From Lama guanicoe (lineage: Eukaryota), in contig MU055263.1 of NCBI GenBank assembly GCA_013239625.1, forward strand, positions 5,179,886-5,243,885: a DNA stretch of 64,000 bases, in the 5' to 3' direction. Positions 1 through 12,299 of this stretch are shown here, one piece after another. The position numbers and the translations under genes are program-made. Below the pieces are notes generated by a model, which was not told the DNA's origin, did not search any database, and worked only from the letters and a program-made list of their open reading frames with translations. The stretch's first letter is position 1, and every line of letters begins with the position of its first letter.

Positions 1-742
1 AGAACTATGATATTTTTTCCTGCAGGAACGAGAGTAAACAAACACTGTATCAACAAGCCAGCAATAGAATCCACAAGAAGGTGTAAGATCGTTTTTCATC
101 CAAGACAAATGGTTAAGCTGGTTACTTTCTGTAAGTCACCACCAGCTACAGAGTTATTTTATGTAATTCACTGCTGGCTGCTGCCTTGTAATATCTGATG
201 TGGGAATATTAAAAACATCAGTGGGCGAAAGAACGGGAAGACTCCATCTGTATTCAATGAATTCTAATTAAAGAGTAATTACGGCACAACGAGGTAGCTG
301 CCAAATCTATTCCCTCTTCCCAGCCACAAACCACACACACGGAGTTTCCGTCTCCTGCTGTTTGTGTCTGGCTAAACAAGCAGACAGCCAGGCAGAAACC
401 AGACACGCATTTCCTTGCATTTTTCAGGTGACTTGGTTTTAAGCAGCTGCAGCCCCGGAAGACGCGCAGGGGCAGAGGTGGAGCGCGGCTTCTGTTATAA
501 TTGACCTGGGCTTTGAGATTCCTCTGTCATGATGTACCCCAGAATGTTGCATGATGGGAAGGCCCTTGTTACTCCTCCACCAGCCGAGCCAAACGGACAA
601 GATCAAGTAGGTCTGGGACTTGGGAGGAAAGGGGAGAAATATTGACAGATAAGTAAGCACTCCAGGAAATGACAGGCGGCTGGGGCAGTGTCAGGACTCT
701 CAGGATTCAGATGGAATCCTTCAACCTCCTGCTCAAACGCTG

Positions 743-860
743 TAATCTCTCAATGAGATGGAAGAGAGGACGGGAAAAAGCAAATTGCTTAATCAAAGCC
801 CTTAATGTGTGACCAGGATTAGTTACTAAGTCGGAATGACAACCTGCAGGTATAAAAAGG
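743..860 (+). promoter_or_regulatory. Candidate TATA-containing promoter/enhancer with K50-homeodomain-type sites
   Basis: TAATCT 743-748, TAATCA 790-795, GGATTA 816-821, then TATAAAAAGG 851-860 in repeat-free sequence; no downstream gene recognised. Confidence 0.25.
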
Positions 861-1616
861 CTTCCCAGCCTCGCTCGGTACTGATGAAGCCGTATCGGCG
901 GCGCTGAGAACAGGGCCGAGATCACCTGGCTCTTCAGCTGGCCAAGAGACCTTTCTCTGCGAGAAAGCAGGCGTCCGAAACCGTATTCCCGACCACCAGC
1001 AGTTTTTCTTCAGCTGCCAGAGGAGGGGTGACCACCTGCGTTCCTTCCGGTTGGCAGAGTTCCCATCTCACCCGCCTTCTGTAAAAGCTTCTTCATCTAA
1101 TAGAAAACATAGCAGGTGTCAGTAGGTTTCCCCCTGAAGGAGATCGGGCTCTGGCAGAAGTCACTGGCTGCTGAGGGCGCTAGGACATGCCGGTTCCTCT
1201 TCAGAGAGGAAGTGCTAACAGGCTGAAGTGGCCCTTGTCAATTCTCATTAAAAACGGAAAATGACAGCACACTGGACTTCCGCGGCATCCTCGGGGGCAA
1301 CCGTCCAGGTTGTGCTCTGAGTTTTGTATTAACCTTCAGAAATGGTGGGAAGTGAGCGTTAGCTACTCCATCATGTGACAGGGCGTCCTGAGGTCCTGAT
1401 GAGTCATGTGTCCTAGTTACGGAGCGAGAACGTTCTTACTGAAAGCGATGTGTTTCAGCCGCTTTGCCTTCCTTCTCCCCAGCACATTGCCGGTCTTCCA
1501 TGAAATGAGCAAACACAAACGCTTCATCCACTGGAACGGGCTGGTGCTGGCGGAACTCGTGAAGGACCGGTGTTTGGGGCCTGCAGTTGCTCCCCCCACT
1601 GCCTCTCCTCTCGTTT

Positions 1617-2128
1617 TGTATCGGTTATCTATCACTGTATAGCAAATTTACCCCAAAGGTAGCAGCTTCAGATGATAAAAATGTCTTATCTCACGCTTTT
1701 CTGAGACTCGCAGTGGCTCAGCAAGGTGGTCCTGGTTCAGGATCTCTCATGACATTGCAGTCAGGCTGCCAGTTGAGGCCGCACTGGCTGAAAGTTTGGG
1801 GGTTGGGAGATCTGCCTCCAAGAAGGCTCATGTACATGGCTTTTGGCCACAGTGCTCGGTTCCTCACTGACTGTGGCCGGAGTCCTGGTTTCTCACCCCC
1901 GACCTCTTCCCAGGGCTCAGACGTGACGGCTGGCTTCCTCCAGAGCAAGGGGCCTGAGAGAAAGCGCGTGGGAGGGAGCCCGAAGCAGAAACAGCGGTGT
2001 CTTTCACAGCCTCGTCCGGGCAGGGCGTGCTGTCGGCTTGGCACGGACGACGTGGGGGCGACTACACGGGGAGGGACCGCCAGGAGGCGGGCGTCGCCGG
2101 GGCCGCCTTGGGGGCGGGCTCCCCCACT
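1617..2128 (-). mobile_element. MaLR solo LTR (MLT1F/G/H-like)
   Basis: Begins tgtatcggttatctatcactgtatagcaaatttacccc (cf. recalled tgtattagttatctattgctgtgtaacaaattacccc); internal ggctggcttcctccagagcaag; ends with a GC-shifted version of ggccatcttggaggctggctaccaca. Confidence 0.85.
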
Positions 2129-3124
2129 CCGCGCTGCTGGCGACACGGGGGCCTCTGGTTGTCCGGCACAAGCTGTGAGGGATGATGTTGGTCAACTGGT
2201 CGTTGGGAGAGAGGAGGGTGTGGGCGTGTGCGTGCTTTGCTGGATTCGGAGAGCGCACTGTGATGCCTGCTCTCCAGTCAGACTGAAGAGTTCGCGCTAA
2301 CTTTCTATGGAGAGTCTGTGGGCCAGAGCCGGGGCCCTTTCCAAGCTGGACTTGGGAGACTTCAGCCACGGTGCTGCTTCAGGACCTACATGACAGACGG
2401 TCACGCAGTGTCAGAGCGACTTTCACCCCTCTGTGGGGGGGACCGTGGAGCAGACACATGTGGCCAAGTGCCCGCTTGGTCCATCAGGGAGTCAGGGATG
2501 CGCGCTCCCCCCCGGGGCCTGGCAGCCGCCGGGGAGAGATGCCCCTTCAAAGGGTCTGCAAAGGGGACGGGGGTAGAAGGCCCTGAGCAGACGTGTCCCT
2601 TACCAGACGCAGGGCTCTCCTTAGAGAGTAACACATTGAGAAGCTCGAAATCCTGCCATCGTGCAAACGGACACTAATGAATAGCGAAGTTCTCAGCGAT
2701 GTCATGTGTCTGTATTTGAGTTTTCACACTGGTAGGGTGACAGCACATAGGTACAAATCTGCAGCATATAAATGACCCGGCCCTTGTCCCACCAAAGACC
2801 CCCCCAGGCCGCATGTCCCCGCAGCCGCCCGCAGGCTCTCCGGGCTCCCCGAACTCGCCGCTGACGCTGCTTTCCATGTGTCCACCCCTCATTTTGTCTC
2901 TGACTGCCCCCTCTCCTTAAATGGCTACCACGTCTCTCTTTTCTCCTGCTTTGCCCCCTAACGGACAGACTTCTGACCTCTTGTCCTGTTTGCTGTATTT
3001 CTCAGACCCTGACTAAGCACCCTGCTTCCACGTGGAGGACGTCCTCACGCAGACACCCCCGAGCAAGTCTCCCTGGAATGGCCTGTCTGCGCGCTGTGTT
3101 AGCACATCACTAACGGAGGAGCTG

Positions 3125-3212
3125 TTTCCCACTCTCCTCTGCACTTCTAACACCTAGCACAGGATCTGCCACATGGAAGCCCGTTAGTGAATGTTTAAAT
3201 TGACCTGAATCA
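3125..3212 (+). mobile_element. L2 LINE 3' end fragment
   Basis: cacctagcacaggatctgccacatggaagcccgttagtgaatgtttaaattgacctgaat resembles the L2 terminus. Confidence 0.6.
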
Positions 3213-3714
3213 TTGCTCCGTTCCTGACTTGTCACAAACCTCCTTCAAAGCCAAAGCACGGTCTTAGCTTTGAGGAGATTCTTAGTGATGTTCTAACCGC
3301 AGGCTGGCAAAGAGCCTTTCGTTTCTCAGTTGCGCAGCTTGAACGCCTGGTGTATGCCAGGTGGCGCACCGGATGCGGCTCTGCAGCGGTGAGCCAGCCC
3401 ACAGGACATCGGGCCCCGTGGAACTCAGAGTCTAGTTACCTGACAGGCACTGAGCAAGTGTTAGTAGCTGATACAATGATGCACGATGGTTGCCTTCAAG
3501 CATATAAAGAGCTTTCTGACAAGAGAGAGGTTAAGCTGATCCTTGGAGGGCAGAACTGGGCTCCGTGAATGGCAGTTACCAGGACACGGATTTCAACTCA
3601 GTTTAAATAAGGACGTTTTAGTACCAGGGTGGTTGAGCCCTGGGAAAGAGCCCCCTTGGGGAGCAGGAGATCACAGGATCTGTCGAGGGGTACTGCACGG
3701 ACAAGAATCATGGC

Positions 3715-3880
3715 GGCCAGCACTTAAAGGCTCTTGCTATGACCCAGGCCCCGTACATCACTCCAGGAGGGACCACCACCATTATCATTCTGTGGATGAG
3801 GAGACTGAGGCCCAAGTAGGTCTTGAAGTCGGATCTAGGCAGCCCAGTCCCTGGCCCTGCGTACCGGGCCCCTTAGCCCT
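3715..3880 (-). mobile_element. MIR SINE fragment
   Basis: Core cattctgtggatgaggagactgaggcccaag. Confidence 0.65.
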
Positions 3881-4734
3881 CCACCTCCCTACCGGGAGGC
3901 TCTGCCGAGAGTGGCAGGCGCACAGTCATCCTCCTGCCCCGAGACTTTCTGAGGCTCTGTTCTCTTTACACCCAAAGACAGCACCTGATGTGGAGCCAGG
4001 AGCTGGGACCCAGGACGTGCGGTCCGGTTGTGCGATTGGGGTGATGGCAGCAGCACCGCACCCCTCCCCTCCCGGGAGCGCTGTCAGGCCCCGCCGGCCG
4101 CCTCCGTCACACCGCGGCTTTCTAACTTCCCGCTCAAGTCTTCGTTTAAACGCAGAGCCCTGAAAGAGTCACGCTCTCAGGTGGTGAAAGGTCAAGAAAC
4201 CGTGTCACAGACGTGAACGCTGAAGGAACTGGACCTGCTTCGGTTAAAAAACAGAAGAAAAGAATGAAGAAAAGCGCCCCCAGGACAGCTCTGCCACAGT
4301 GGCAGTGCCGGCTGGTAGCAAGTCCTTTCTTAATGTTGAAGAGAAAGCGGCTCCGGACATTTTCACTGCTGGCTCCCATTGTGCCTTTGGCAGAAGCAAA
4401 AGCAAGGGAACTGCCTCTCCTGAGCAGCAAGTCTTCACGCGTCTGCAGGCAGAGCTCCCCTCGCTCTGTTTGTCACCCGGTGCCCAGCTGGAGCCTCCGC
4501 GTGCAGCGTGCTCCCGGCCTGGGACGTCGGTCTCACTCACCTCCTCACGTCCACGCCCCCGACCTCAGCGTGGGCGTCCCCGCACGTCACCTCGCTGCGT
4601 CGTGTGACGTGGCTGCTCTCCGTCCCAGCACGTGTGTTGATTCTCTGTGTGGCTCTGATTTCTCTCCCTCGCATTTCTTTCCCTTTCCCTCTCTCCTGCT
4701 TTCCTGTCTGTCTGCCCCCCAGGAACGCAGGATC

Positions 4735-4825
4735 CCCTTGTTAACTGCTTCGTCTTCAGTTCCAAGAACAAAGCCTGGGCCGTCGTGAGTGTCCTGTAAA
4801 CATGTGCTGAAGAGACAAAGGTGTG
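4735..4825 (+). mobile_element. L2 LINE 3' end fragment
   Basis: ttaactgcttcgtcttcagttccaagaacaaagcctgggccgtcgtgagtgtcctgtaaacatgtgctgaa. Confidence 0.55.
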
Positions 4826-5349
4826 AATGTTTGCGGGCCCCAGACGGTGAGCATCCAGCCGAGCCAAGCTCTCCTGTCCCAGGTGGGCGACGGCCGGCGT
4901 GCACGTTGCGGTCGTGAGCCCGGCTCCAAGGTCGCGGAGCCACTGAGCGAAAAGCCTACCTCGCAGGGCGGGCTTGTGAACATGTGTGAAACCTAGCATG
5001 AAATGGAAGCCGCGACGTTCTTACAAGGGCCTAATTTGTGGCGGTGGCTGCGAGAAGCCAGAACGGGCCGGAAGCGGCTGTCAGGATCAGGCAGTCCCCG
5101 TTCGCTCGCGGCGTCGCGCTCTCCGCCTGCAGACACGCCGTCGCCGACGGGGCAGCAGCGCCCACGGACTGGGGCTCCACCTGTGTAGCTGATGCTCTGG
5201 ATGCCGCGCGTCCCTGTAGGGGCTGTGGATTGGGCTGGCGTTGGCCAAACTCAGCGACGCCAGTGACACGGATGAGCTGACCCTCGAGCTCTGCAGTCAC
5301 TGCCCTGAGTCAAACTCCTGAGTGACTCCTGCTGAATCAAGGCTTTCAG

Positions 5350-5555
5350 TCAGCCACGTATCAAGTACCTGCCACATCGCAGCCGTTTTCCTAGGTGTTT
5401 TTACAAAGATACCATTTAATTCTCACCCTGCTGCTATCAGGGTCCTTCCTTTACTGGAGACACGAGGTCCCAGAGAGGTGGGGTTACTCCCCAAGCTCAC
5501 ACAGCTCCGCACGGGTGGCGCTGGCGCCCGAGCCTCGACCTCAGAGCCAGTAAGC
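5350..5555 (-). mobile_element. MIR SINE
   Basis: atttaattctcacc...cagagaggtggggttactccccaagctcacacagct. Confidence 0.7.
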
Positions 5556-6911
5556 TGCCAGCCCCTTGCCTGGCCCAGCCTCCTGGTCACGATTTGGCAC
5601 GCTGTGTGGGCCTGCCAGTAGGGTTGCAGTTCCCACAGTAAACTGCTCATTCTGCAGTGATGTGGACAGCAGCTGCTGGAGTGCTGGTCAGTGGGGAGCA
5701 GCCCCAAGAGGCCAGTCACCCCTAAGGACAATGACGCTTCAGAATTTCTGGCCCCACAAAGCTGGTGACCAGACCCCATGTCCACCCACCCAACCCCGCC
5801 CAGATGCCCTGCTCTGGTGGCCGCCAGCCTCCTGAGGTGACAGTATTTCTGTACTGGGCTGCAGAAGCTCCCACCTGTCCCATCTCCCCTGGCCACTGGT
5901 GAACACCTGCTCTTACGAGAAACCTTCACTCATCTTTCTTTCTTAAATCAAACTCGGTTAAAACAGTAACATGAAAGAGTTTAGCCAGTGTTTTCAAGCA
6001 GTAAAGCTCTCAAAGTGTTATTTTTTTTCCCAACATCTCTCCCTTTTGAGACTGAAGTAGGACCACACGTCAGAGACAGGTGAGGGACCGGGGGGAGAGC
6101 GAGGCTGGGACTCGGGCCGCTGGCGCTGTGACGACAGACACCAGGCCAGGGCCTGAGATCCACGGGGCCCCGAGCAGACGCCACCCTCCCCCGGCCACCG
6201 CAGACACTCCCGGGCAGGACGGAGGACGGACAGACACCACACACAGAAGGAAAAGCAGCTCTTAGTGTTGAGGCTTTTGAATGCTACTATTTCTGTATCA
6301 ACTCATGTTCCACCTGACCCTTTGGCCACCGGTTAAAACTGCTTTTTAAAAAGTATTCATTCTTCACAGCTGCAGAAAGAGGCATTTCAAACAAAGGCCC
6401 ATCAGCTTGCAGACAGTGGAGGAAATAACCTGTTACAGTTGTGGGAAGAGCCCTGGTCTCGGGGTTAATCGTACGATGCTGCCAAACACTGAAGATAAAT
6501 CATACTTTTTAAAAATAGTGACCATGGTGAGAGGCTTTTAACAGCAGGCAACGTCATTAAATGAGTTGATTTCAGTTGAGCAAGGCAAAATGGTTCTTGA
6601 AGATTTTTTTAGATGAGTCACCAAGCACTGTATTCACTAAACTATTTTAATAACAAAAAGTCATCTTTTACTCCTTTACTAAAATTTCGTTCTTTCGTCG
6701 CCTAAAATAAAATGGCCAAGTTCCATACGGAATTGATTTAATAGATAATTCAGTTCAACCAAAGTGTGTTACAGTTACTGCGAAGCACTTAGATACAGTA
6801 TTTGATAACAGTAGCATTTTTTTTTTTTTAAGTTAAGAATTTAACAGGCTCCAACTTCTATTTTTAAAAATGGTTTTGGAGTAGAAGTCAGGCCTGTGGA
6901 TTCCGGTGGCC

Positions 6912-6925
6912 CCAGAAGGGGGCAG
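6912..6925 (+). promoter_or_regulatory. Candidate CTCF site
   Basis: CCAGAAGGGGGCAG, one mismatch to core CCASYAGRKGGCRS; motif match only. Confidence 0.35.
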
Positions 6926-7724
6926 AATCGCTTGCAAGTTGATCCCTGACCTCCATTACACCCGCCGGCCGCCCCAGCACCCCCAGAGCACCCGGGCAGC
7001 ACTGAGGCAGGACCCGGGAAAGTGGACCGTGTGCTAAGGCCTCGCTCCTTGTTGGGGGTCTAAGGCTGGGGGCCTTTTGGTGCTGTCCAAGTCAATGACA
7101 AAATCAAAGAACTGTTTAAAATGAAGTGGCCAAAGAAGTGAGAAACAACTTTACGGATGGAATGGAGTGGAAATTAACAATGCAAAACGATTTTTGAAAC
7201 TAGAGGAGGGAGGTATGCCTTTAAACAGGGTGTTTCTGTCGCAGACAAACTTGCTTGGAAGTGTTAGTATTTAAATGGTCACACCTCCGGCTTTGAACTT
7301 GACGCTCCATTACGGGGCTGAGGGAGCTCACACCTCTGTCTGCGGCCTTTCACTCGCGCTGCCGCCCAGGGAGAGACGGGGAGGAGCAGCCGCAGAGGGA
7401 GCAAGGCCAGGTGCCCGCAGGAGGGTGGCGGGCCTGCTTGGGCCGCGGTCCTCGTGCGGCTGTTCACAGCGTCTGCCCTCGCTCCCAGAGTGGCCTGGAT
7501 GGTGCATTCTGTGGCCACCTAACAGGGCACAGAGTGTCTAAAATGGCGGTGGCAGGGTGACGGTCACTCACGTCTGTGGATAAATGTGGAGGTCACATTC
7601 GCTCCTTGCAAGTACGCGTTGGTTCAGATGCTATTTCCACGTCATTTCACATGCTGAGGCTGAGCGTTCCCGACTGCAGGAGCAGCTTCGAAGAGTAAAG
7701 GGTCCAGGAAAGGGATCCTAGAGG

Positions 7725-7850
7725 CTGTGTGGTTGTCATTTCGCAAATAAACTGAGGCTGAAAGAGGCTGACTTGCCTACAGCCACACAGCTGGTTAGTA
7801 GAAACGCTGGGAATAGGACTTCGGTCCCCTAAATGTAAATTAAGTGTGTC
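7725..7850 (-). mobile_element. MIR SINE fragment
   Basis: aaactgaggctgaaagaggctgacttgcctacagccacacagctggttagtag. Confidence 0.75.
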
Positions 7851-8077
7851 ACTAGTCTTCAGGGAAGTAAACAACATTCTCAAGATGGAGGAATAAGGTA
7901 CAGAAGTTGCGATAAATTACCCTTCTCTAGCTCAGAGAGCTCAGCAGTCAGCAGACGGCTGGGAGATGCAGAGGACAAGACTGGCTTCTAGGTGGCATTT
8001 CTGATGCTCAGCGGTCAGGTCAGCCGAGGAGGAGACCAGTAGTTCTCCTGCAGGGAAGAAAGCCAAGCATCAGATTA

Positions 8078-8292
8078 ATAGCTGACTTATCCTAGACCAA
8101 GTGACTGACTGTCCTTGTAACTTCCAATGCCTCATCTGTAAAACGGCCGTAAAGTTAATACTCACCACAGGTGGCCGTTTGAAGTTCAGGAGAGCAGCCT
8201 GTGTGAGGCGCTCAGCCCAGGGCCCGGCACCTGGTCACACTGTCAGCAACGTCACCTGTCGTCGCCGTCGGCGGCGCCTCGTCTGCGTCGTC
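8078..8292 (+). mobile_element. MIR SINE with GC-converted 3' tail
   Basis: cctcatctgtaaaacgg core; gcgctcagcccagggcccggcacctggt for gcacttagcacagtgcctggcacatagt; tail reads gtcgtcgccgtc. Confidence 0.75.
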
Positions 8293-8399
8293 ACAGCCGG
8301 CGCCAGCGGCCGCGGGAGCCACGTTTCCCTTCTTCTCCCCCAGCCTGGCCCGCCCTGACCGCCAGCCGGGCTCACAGCCCCGCGCGCCCCTTCCTCTTA

Positions 8400-8560
8400 C
8401 AGCACGCTCTGCCGTGACGTCATCTAGTTCCACACGTTCATAGAGGCAGTGCTGTTCCTTTTTAGCCGATAAGGAAACAGGCTCAGAGATTAGATCGTGT
8501 ATTCAAGATCACACAACCAGTGAGTGATGGAGGCAGGATTCAAACCTGCGTTTTCTTGTA
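8400..8560 (-). mobile_element. MIR SINE
   Basis: gataaggaaacaggctcagagattag...caagatcacacaaccagtgagtgatggaggcaggattcaaacc. Confidence 0.8.
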
Positions 8561-9404
8561 TTTCGATTTGTCCGTCCCTGGTGAGAAATTATGAGGTGGG
8601 GCTCTGAGATGAGAGCGTGGGGAGGGGGCAGCAGGCAGCTGGGAGTCGGCCTCACCTCGAGGGTAGGCGTTTGGGAGAGTGACACCAGGCGGATGGCTCC
8701 TGGTCGCACTGTTCTGCAGGTGCTGCCCTCACACGATCAGATTTTTTTCTCTGGAGTCAATCAGACGATACTAACTTCAAACTGGAGATAGCATGGACTC
8801 AGCCTCCAGAAACAGAAGAGACGCGATTTGTCTCCTTAACGGGAAACACCCTAAATAGACCCAGAAGAGACAGTCCAGCCGAGGCAGAAGCCCCCGCGCC
8901 CCGGAGGTCGCTGCCTCTCCTGAGCCACGACCTGGCCGAGTGAGGAGACGGGGGCTCTGAGGGCCCCCGAGCACGCTGCTCCTTCAGACCCTTCAGCGGG
9001 GGGAGCCGGGCCCGGCACCGACGTCTTTGTGGCTCGTATTTCTGTGCCATTTGTGGAACACTTGGGGTTAATCTGGCTGCCGTTAGGGTCCTTCCTGCGC
9101 GTTGACCTGGAGCTGCTTCTGACCGTACGATTAGGGCTTCCAGTGAGGGCAGAGAGAGTCTCCCAGCGAAAGCGAACGAGTAGCAGCACCAGCCAAACAG
9201 AGACCAGAACAAAGCGGTAAGACTCTCCCTCTGCTCACACAGCTCAGACGCTCGCGGTGAGCAGGCCCGGGGTCCGCACGCACCCGGGGCCCCGGGAGCC
9301 CCCTGCGTGTGCCTCCACGTGATGGTCTGGAGCTCCCGCTCGTTCGGTAACTACGAGTGCGCGTTTCGGAGTCCGACAAACTGGAGGGTGAATCTCGTCC
9401 CTGC

Positions 9405-9555
9405 CCTTTCAACCTCGGCACAGCAGACAGGAGTCTAGCTCCCGGGGCTGTCATCTCCTCACGTGTAAAACAGCGGTGGCGATGCTAGTCCCATACTGCA
9501 GGCAAGGCCCTTAGCTCCGTCCTCGCACATCGTAAACACCCGGTCAGTGGCGGCC
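9405..9555 (+). mobile_element. MIR SINE fragment
   Basis: ctcctcacgtgtaaaacagcggtggcgatgctagt...cttagctccgtcctcgcacatcgtaaacac. Confidence 0.55.
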
Positions 9556-9794
9556 ACCCTGTTCCACTTCCGTCCTTACTGAGAAGTAGCTGAGCTACGG
9601 CCGCAGAACAGCCTCCCCACCGTTCCCCTGCCCTTTCCGGTGACCTCCCTCTGTGGGAGGCATCTGCCGGGTTAGCCTTTGGCCCACCTGCAGCATCAGT
9701 ATAGGTAAGCAAGTACGGTAGCCTTCTCTCTCCCTTCTGCCCGAAGGTCCTTTCCTGGGCTGTCTCCCAATTATTGTGTCAATTAAGTCATGAA

Positions 9795-10340
9795 AACTAT
9801 TCATCAAATCTGAAAATTGTACCAAGCCAAGAGAAACGGCAAACACATTCAAAGAAAGAATTGGCACCAAAACGATGTCCAAAGGTTTTCAAAATGGTTA
9901 GAACCTAACATGACAGAACGTTATAGGGACAAGTGTAAGATCCTTCATTTGGGTCCAGACAAACCCCAGATGCACGAGGATCAGACTGCGAGAAGAAAAA
10001 AGAAATCATGAACTTCTATTTTGAAACTGAACTCAATTTAGTTAATATTGTGATATTTCTACCCCCAAATGGATGTAACTTTGCCTAACATGCAGGCACA
10101 TAGCCTGGAGCCTAGAATGAGGGGCGCCCACTCAGTGTTCCTTGATCAGACAGACCACCAGATCTGGCTGCAGATTTTAGCCTTTTATCCTTATTTCAGG
10201 AGTCAAAGGAGACAGTGAATTTTGTAACATTAGGCTTGTTCAAGCATCAGCTACATGAAGATTTGGTTGGGGAGATTCAGGTGCCAGATGGATGTTTGGC
10301 ACAGATGTCATCGAGGTCCCTTCAACCAGAGAGCATACTT
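9795..10340 (+). mobile_element. L3/CR1 LINE remnant (ORF2 C-terminal part and 3' end)
   Basis: ORF 9817-10011 contains QNDVQRFSKWLEPNMTERYRDKCKILHLG, matching the CR1 post-RT motif (Q.DLDRL..W...N.M.FN.DKCKVLHLG); 3' end gttcaagcatcagct...cagatgtcatcgaggtcccttcaacc matches the L3 terminus. Confidence 0.85.
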
Positions 10341-12299
10341 GCGGTAATTTACCATCTCATAGGGCCAATAATCTTCTTGTCCAAACATACATTTGGTCTC
10401 TTTATAATCCCCAAGGAAGTGAGCAAATAGATTTTAAAAAAGTCCAAGGTCACAGGTGCAGGTTTATTATTTTGAGTAACAGACTTCCCTGAGTCTGACG
10501 CCTCTCATTACCGCATTTGGTTCTTTCTCAAAAAAAATTGCCCTCCAGAAGGAGGTGTGGCCTGGCTTCTCTCGACTCTGCAGCATCTTAGCCATTTCCT
10601 CCTTTGGGCTTGGGTTCAGCTACCCCTGCGCTTTTGAATGTCCCAGTATCCTCTCTCTTTTAATCCGTCACCTCCTTTAAAATCTGGCTTCACACTGGCT
10701 TCTCTAAGAGAACTTCCTGGTTTCTTAGGTTCTGCTAAGCTCCTCCAGGACCCCCTGCAGGACACCCACACACATGTTGCCTGTGAATCATCCTCCAGCT
10801 GTTTCGTCTTTCTGTCACTCCCCACGTGAACCCTGTGCTCCCAAAGGGCAGTGAACCTCTGTCAAAGGAGATAGAAAAGGAGACAAGCTCTGGCTTTTCC
10901 CAACGATCACAAAACAGTGGGCACAAAGCAACCACTGGGGGCCTGAGACCAATCAGACAGCAGTGAGGTTCCACTACGGTCAAGGTTAGATGAGGCAACC
11001 CAGGTTTTAGAAGATCAGAGACATTTCTGTCCTGTCCCGAGCAGTTCAACAGCCCTTCCAGATCATCAGGGCTGCGCACGTGAACGTTTCTTCTAGCCAC
11101 TAGCTCCCGCCGAGTGTATCACAGGTTACTCAAAGTGCAATTTATTTTTAATAGAAAAATTGATTCCAGAATGAAACATGAAGTAGTCTTTTTTTCTTTT
11201 TTTTTGGGAGCAGACTAACCTTTTAAAGAATAGCATTCTTGCCCTAGAGAGGGGCATAAAAGTTTAAAAGGTTATTTTCCACGTTACACACAACCCGCAT
11301 GCTCACCTTCCCTGTCTCTGTGCCGGGTCAGCCCGTGGCGCTCACTCACTGAGAGGATCGGCCCCGTTAATGCATGATTTACTTCTCTTTACTCGGCAAA
11401 GCACAGACCCCATCTTTCGAAGCGAATTCAAGCTTTGCAATTCACTACCTCCGCTGTGAGAGGTGGTGGCACGGAGCTTGCTCTGCAAGCCACGAAGAGC
11501 AAAGCAACTGTGTTGCTGAACAGAGGTCTTCCCTGACGCACCCAGGGGAGGCAGCTGTTCCCCCACGAGTCCCTGTGGCACTTTCAACGTATGGCTCTCC
11601 TTAAACTCACCAGGGCTGGTCGGAATTACTTGTTTACGCGTGTTTGTTCCATGTATCTGTCCCACCCATTCCGCCTGCCAACTCTAAGAGAGCAGAAGCT
11701 CTGTCTTCTCCATCTACTTGTAACCTCAGCTTCCAGGCGCCGTGGTGTGCAGCCCAGACCCTCCCAGGACCAGGCTCCACCCCCAGCTGCTGGCCTTGCT
11801 GCCGCTCTCCGCTCACCGCCGAAGCCCTTCCCTGGAATCTCACACAGCTGAGTGAAGCTGCCCTGCCCAAGCGCTCACCCTCGTCCAGCACCTGGTCCGC
11901 GTGAGCTACAAAGGCCTGGCCGCGCCGCCTCAGCTCAGGGTAACTCTGACGGCTCTGCGCTGTCAGCCAAGTCCTCAGCTGCAACCACGGCACAGCTCAG
12001 CTGCTTTCTGCAAAACCCGGCTTCCCCCTCTTCCTGAGAGCCTTCGCCAGAAGACCTCTCCATCTCGAAGTCTGCTTCCCGGGGGCCAAACTGAAGGCAG
12101 CCCAGACTCCAGCACAGAGCCTGGCGCACAGCAGGCACGTACTCCATTCCTATTTGGTGGAGAACAGTGAATGGAGCACACGGGAAGTTAACGGCTAACG
12201 TCAGCTTTGCACTCTGACACCTCACTCCCGCTCTTCTCCCCACCGTCTGCTCCCTCAGGCTGAGACCTTTGGCAGTCAGTGTAGACTAACATTAACTGA

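Noticed and set aside
1587-2300. 237-aa ORF
   Set aside because: Lies almost wholly within an antisense MLT1 LTR; no protein similarity recognised
4150-4790. Lysine-rich ORF (VKKQKKRMKK) resembling a nuclear localisation signal
   Set aside because: A-rich patch followed by GC-rich sequence; no clear splice donor or family similarity
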